A stretch of 50,163 bases of DNA, filler included, from Sphacelaria rigidula (Eukaryota): assembly GCA_964200075.2 (NCBI GenBank). It is 3 parts of 3 records of this genome, joined end to end, with 100 filler letters (N's around TTAATTAATTAA, not from the genome) between each part and the next. Parts side by side here need not be neighbours in the genome. Positions count along the whole stretch, not along the records: positions 33,515 to 50,163 come from CAXNAA020001290.1; 2 more parts are not named here. The stretch is one strand, 5' to 3'. Position 1 is the stretch's first letter. Every line of letters starts with the position of its first letter. The notes beneath the pieces are model-generated. The model searched no databases, was not told the origin of the DNA, and saw only the letters and a program-made list of their open reading frames with translations. Shown here piece by piece: positions 48,539 through 50,163 of this stretch. The position numbers and the translations under genes are program-made.

Positions 48539-50163
48539 GTAAGACCGGGCAACAGACACGGGCGGAAACATTTTGCTCTCTGGTACTTATTTGTTCTAGA
48601 TACCGCGATGGCAGGAAACCGTGTGGCATATTGGCAGGTTCGAACGCGAACACCGCACGGAACCGCGAAGTCCTCACGGCATCCGTGGAATATGGAATGA
48701 ACTGTGTCCCCCCCGTTAGCATCAATAGCTATCAACACGATGTGCAGGGCGTGGTAGACGGCGAACTTGTTCTCACTATATCACGGGTCGGACGAATGAA
48801 TGATTCGTCTGAAAATAACTTGATTTTAGTGAGATTGGCTAGTACCGTACAAATCAATCAACCCTTGGGCTTTGTTTTCAGCGCTGCAACCCAGGTACGC
48901 GCAGCCCAGGCACGTGGAATGGCGCGAAAATTGCGTGGAAATCTCTTTGACCCCCGGTAAACTCTCTTCTCTTTGTTCAGCAATCAGGCCTGAAAAATCG
49001 TGGATTTCGTGATTTGTTTCATTGGTGATGCGTCCGAACCGTGAAATATCTGACTCTTGTACCGATTTTCTCTGGTCCAAGATGATGAGACCGCGGACCG
49101 ACTCGTGAAGTAGTCTTCGTTTTTCATGTACAGCGTTAGCCGGCACCATTTACCTATCGACAGCCCAAGCGTCGATAGGTGCAGCTGATCGCTTCGGCAT
49201 TTGGTGCCCAAAAGTTAGTCAAAGGAACCGCGGAAACGCCCTTTTTCCCTGCGTAGTAACCAAGGCAAAATGGCTGCGTGCATGTCTCACATATATCGAC
49301 GGCCCCGGCGCCAAAAGACCCATGTGAACATCCTTGGACTGAGTTCACAAGGAATAAGGGACGGAAAGCCCATGGGGTGTTTCACCCGCAGGAGCACTCT
49401 ATACTCCGCAAGTAGCGAGAAAGGCGACACGACTACATTGAATTCAACGGTCATAGTGCATACGTTTTGCCCTTGTCCGTTGCGAGCTACGGTGACTAGA
49501 GGGTCTGGTTCTCTAACAACGAGTGTCTCTCCTTGAACAATGTAAGGTGTTTCTGCCTCCAAGTTCGGCGTCGCTGATAACAGTGGCGAGCGAGCAGTCG
49601 GTGTCCATGTTTGGAGATAAGAATCAAATGTAACAATCCACATCTTCTTAGCCAAACTCCTCGATAGAGATGCGTGGTCAATGGTCAAATGACTGAGGCA
49701 AGCAACAAATGAGTACACCCCCTCCCTGCGTCCATGTTCAATCCGGCTCGATGATGGCTCTGTGAAATATATACCGAGAATTGCGATAAAAAGCCGGAGA
49801 TGATAGGAGTACTGTCAAAGAACCGAGACATTTCTTTTTTTTCAAAAATGCAAGAAAAATAAATTGTCATTTGCTGTACACGTGTTGGAACATCCTGGAA
49901 AATGACAGATATAGCGATGTGTATTGCGGGGAAATAATGCAAGAGTAAGCCGGGACCAGGCTTGGAGTTGGAACATGACAAGCCAACGAGAGGTTTATAT
50001 TCATTATTGTGTCGGCATTCGTTTCTCCGGCGTTGTGTGGAAGTCAACAGGGTATTAAGGGGTCTCCTCGGTTAGATGTCCATGACGGGAAAAAAGATGC
50101 GATGTGTTGTGTGTGTTGTCGTCCCATCTATTCTGGACGCCGGTCTACACCTTTCGGTATATG

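Overview
Intron-rich eukaryotic DNA, most consistent with a brown alga or related stramenopile (inferred from gene architecture, CAG/CAA microsatellites and protein motifs). The window is three contigs (1-16658, 16759-33414, 33515-50163) joined by artificial 44N-TTAATTAATTAA-44N spacers. Their lengths fall in descending order (16658, 16656, 16649), so adjacency across the spacers is probably not biological. Contig 1 carries the 5' exons of a + strand gene with an N-terminal 'DFRKWDKFD' motif, a 4.5-kb Mutator/foldback-like element with 21-bp perfect TIRs and a perfect 10-bp TSD, a 1.8-kb TIR element with two long CAG/CTG hairpins, and a frameshifted USP-protease-like fragment. Contig 2 carries a 15-exon MAP kinase kinase gene on the - strand (5' end unresolved) with an atypically long activation loop and a long C-terminal extension. 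Contig 3 carries 8 in-frame exons of an uncharacterised + strand protein (NPTGHYRL / DTSQxxNWSNFRN / LPxxGxLEFDYVS / DLENF motifs), Sola2-like MITEs and a degenerate KDZ-transposase-like relic. I found no prokaryotic operon, CRISPR array or clearly new multi-gene system. All exon models and repeat boundaries were derived by hand.
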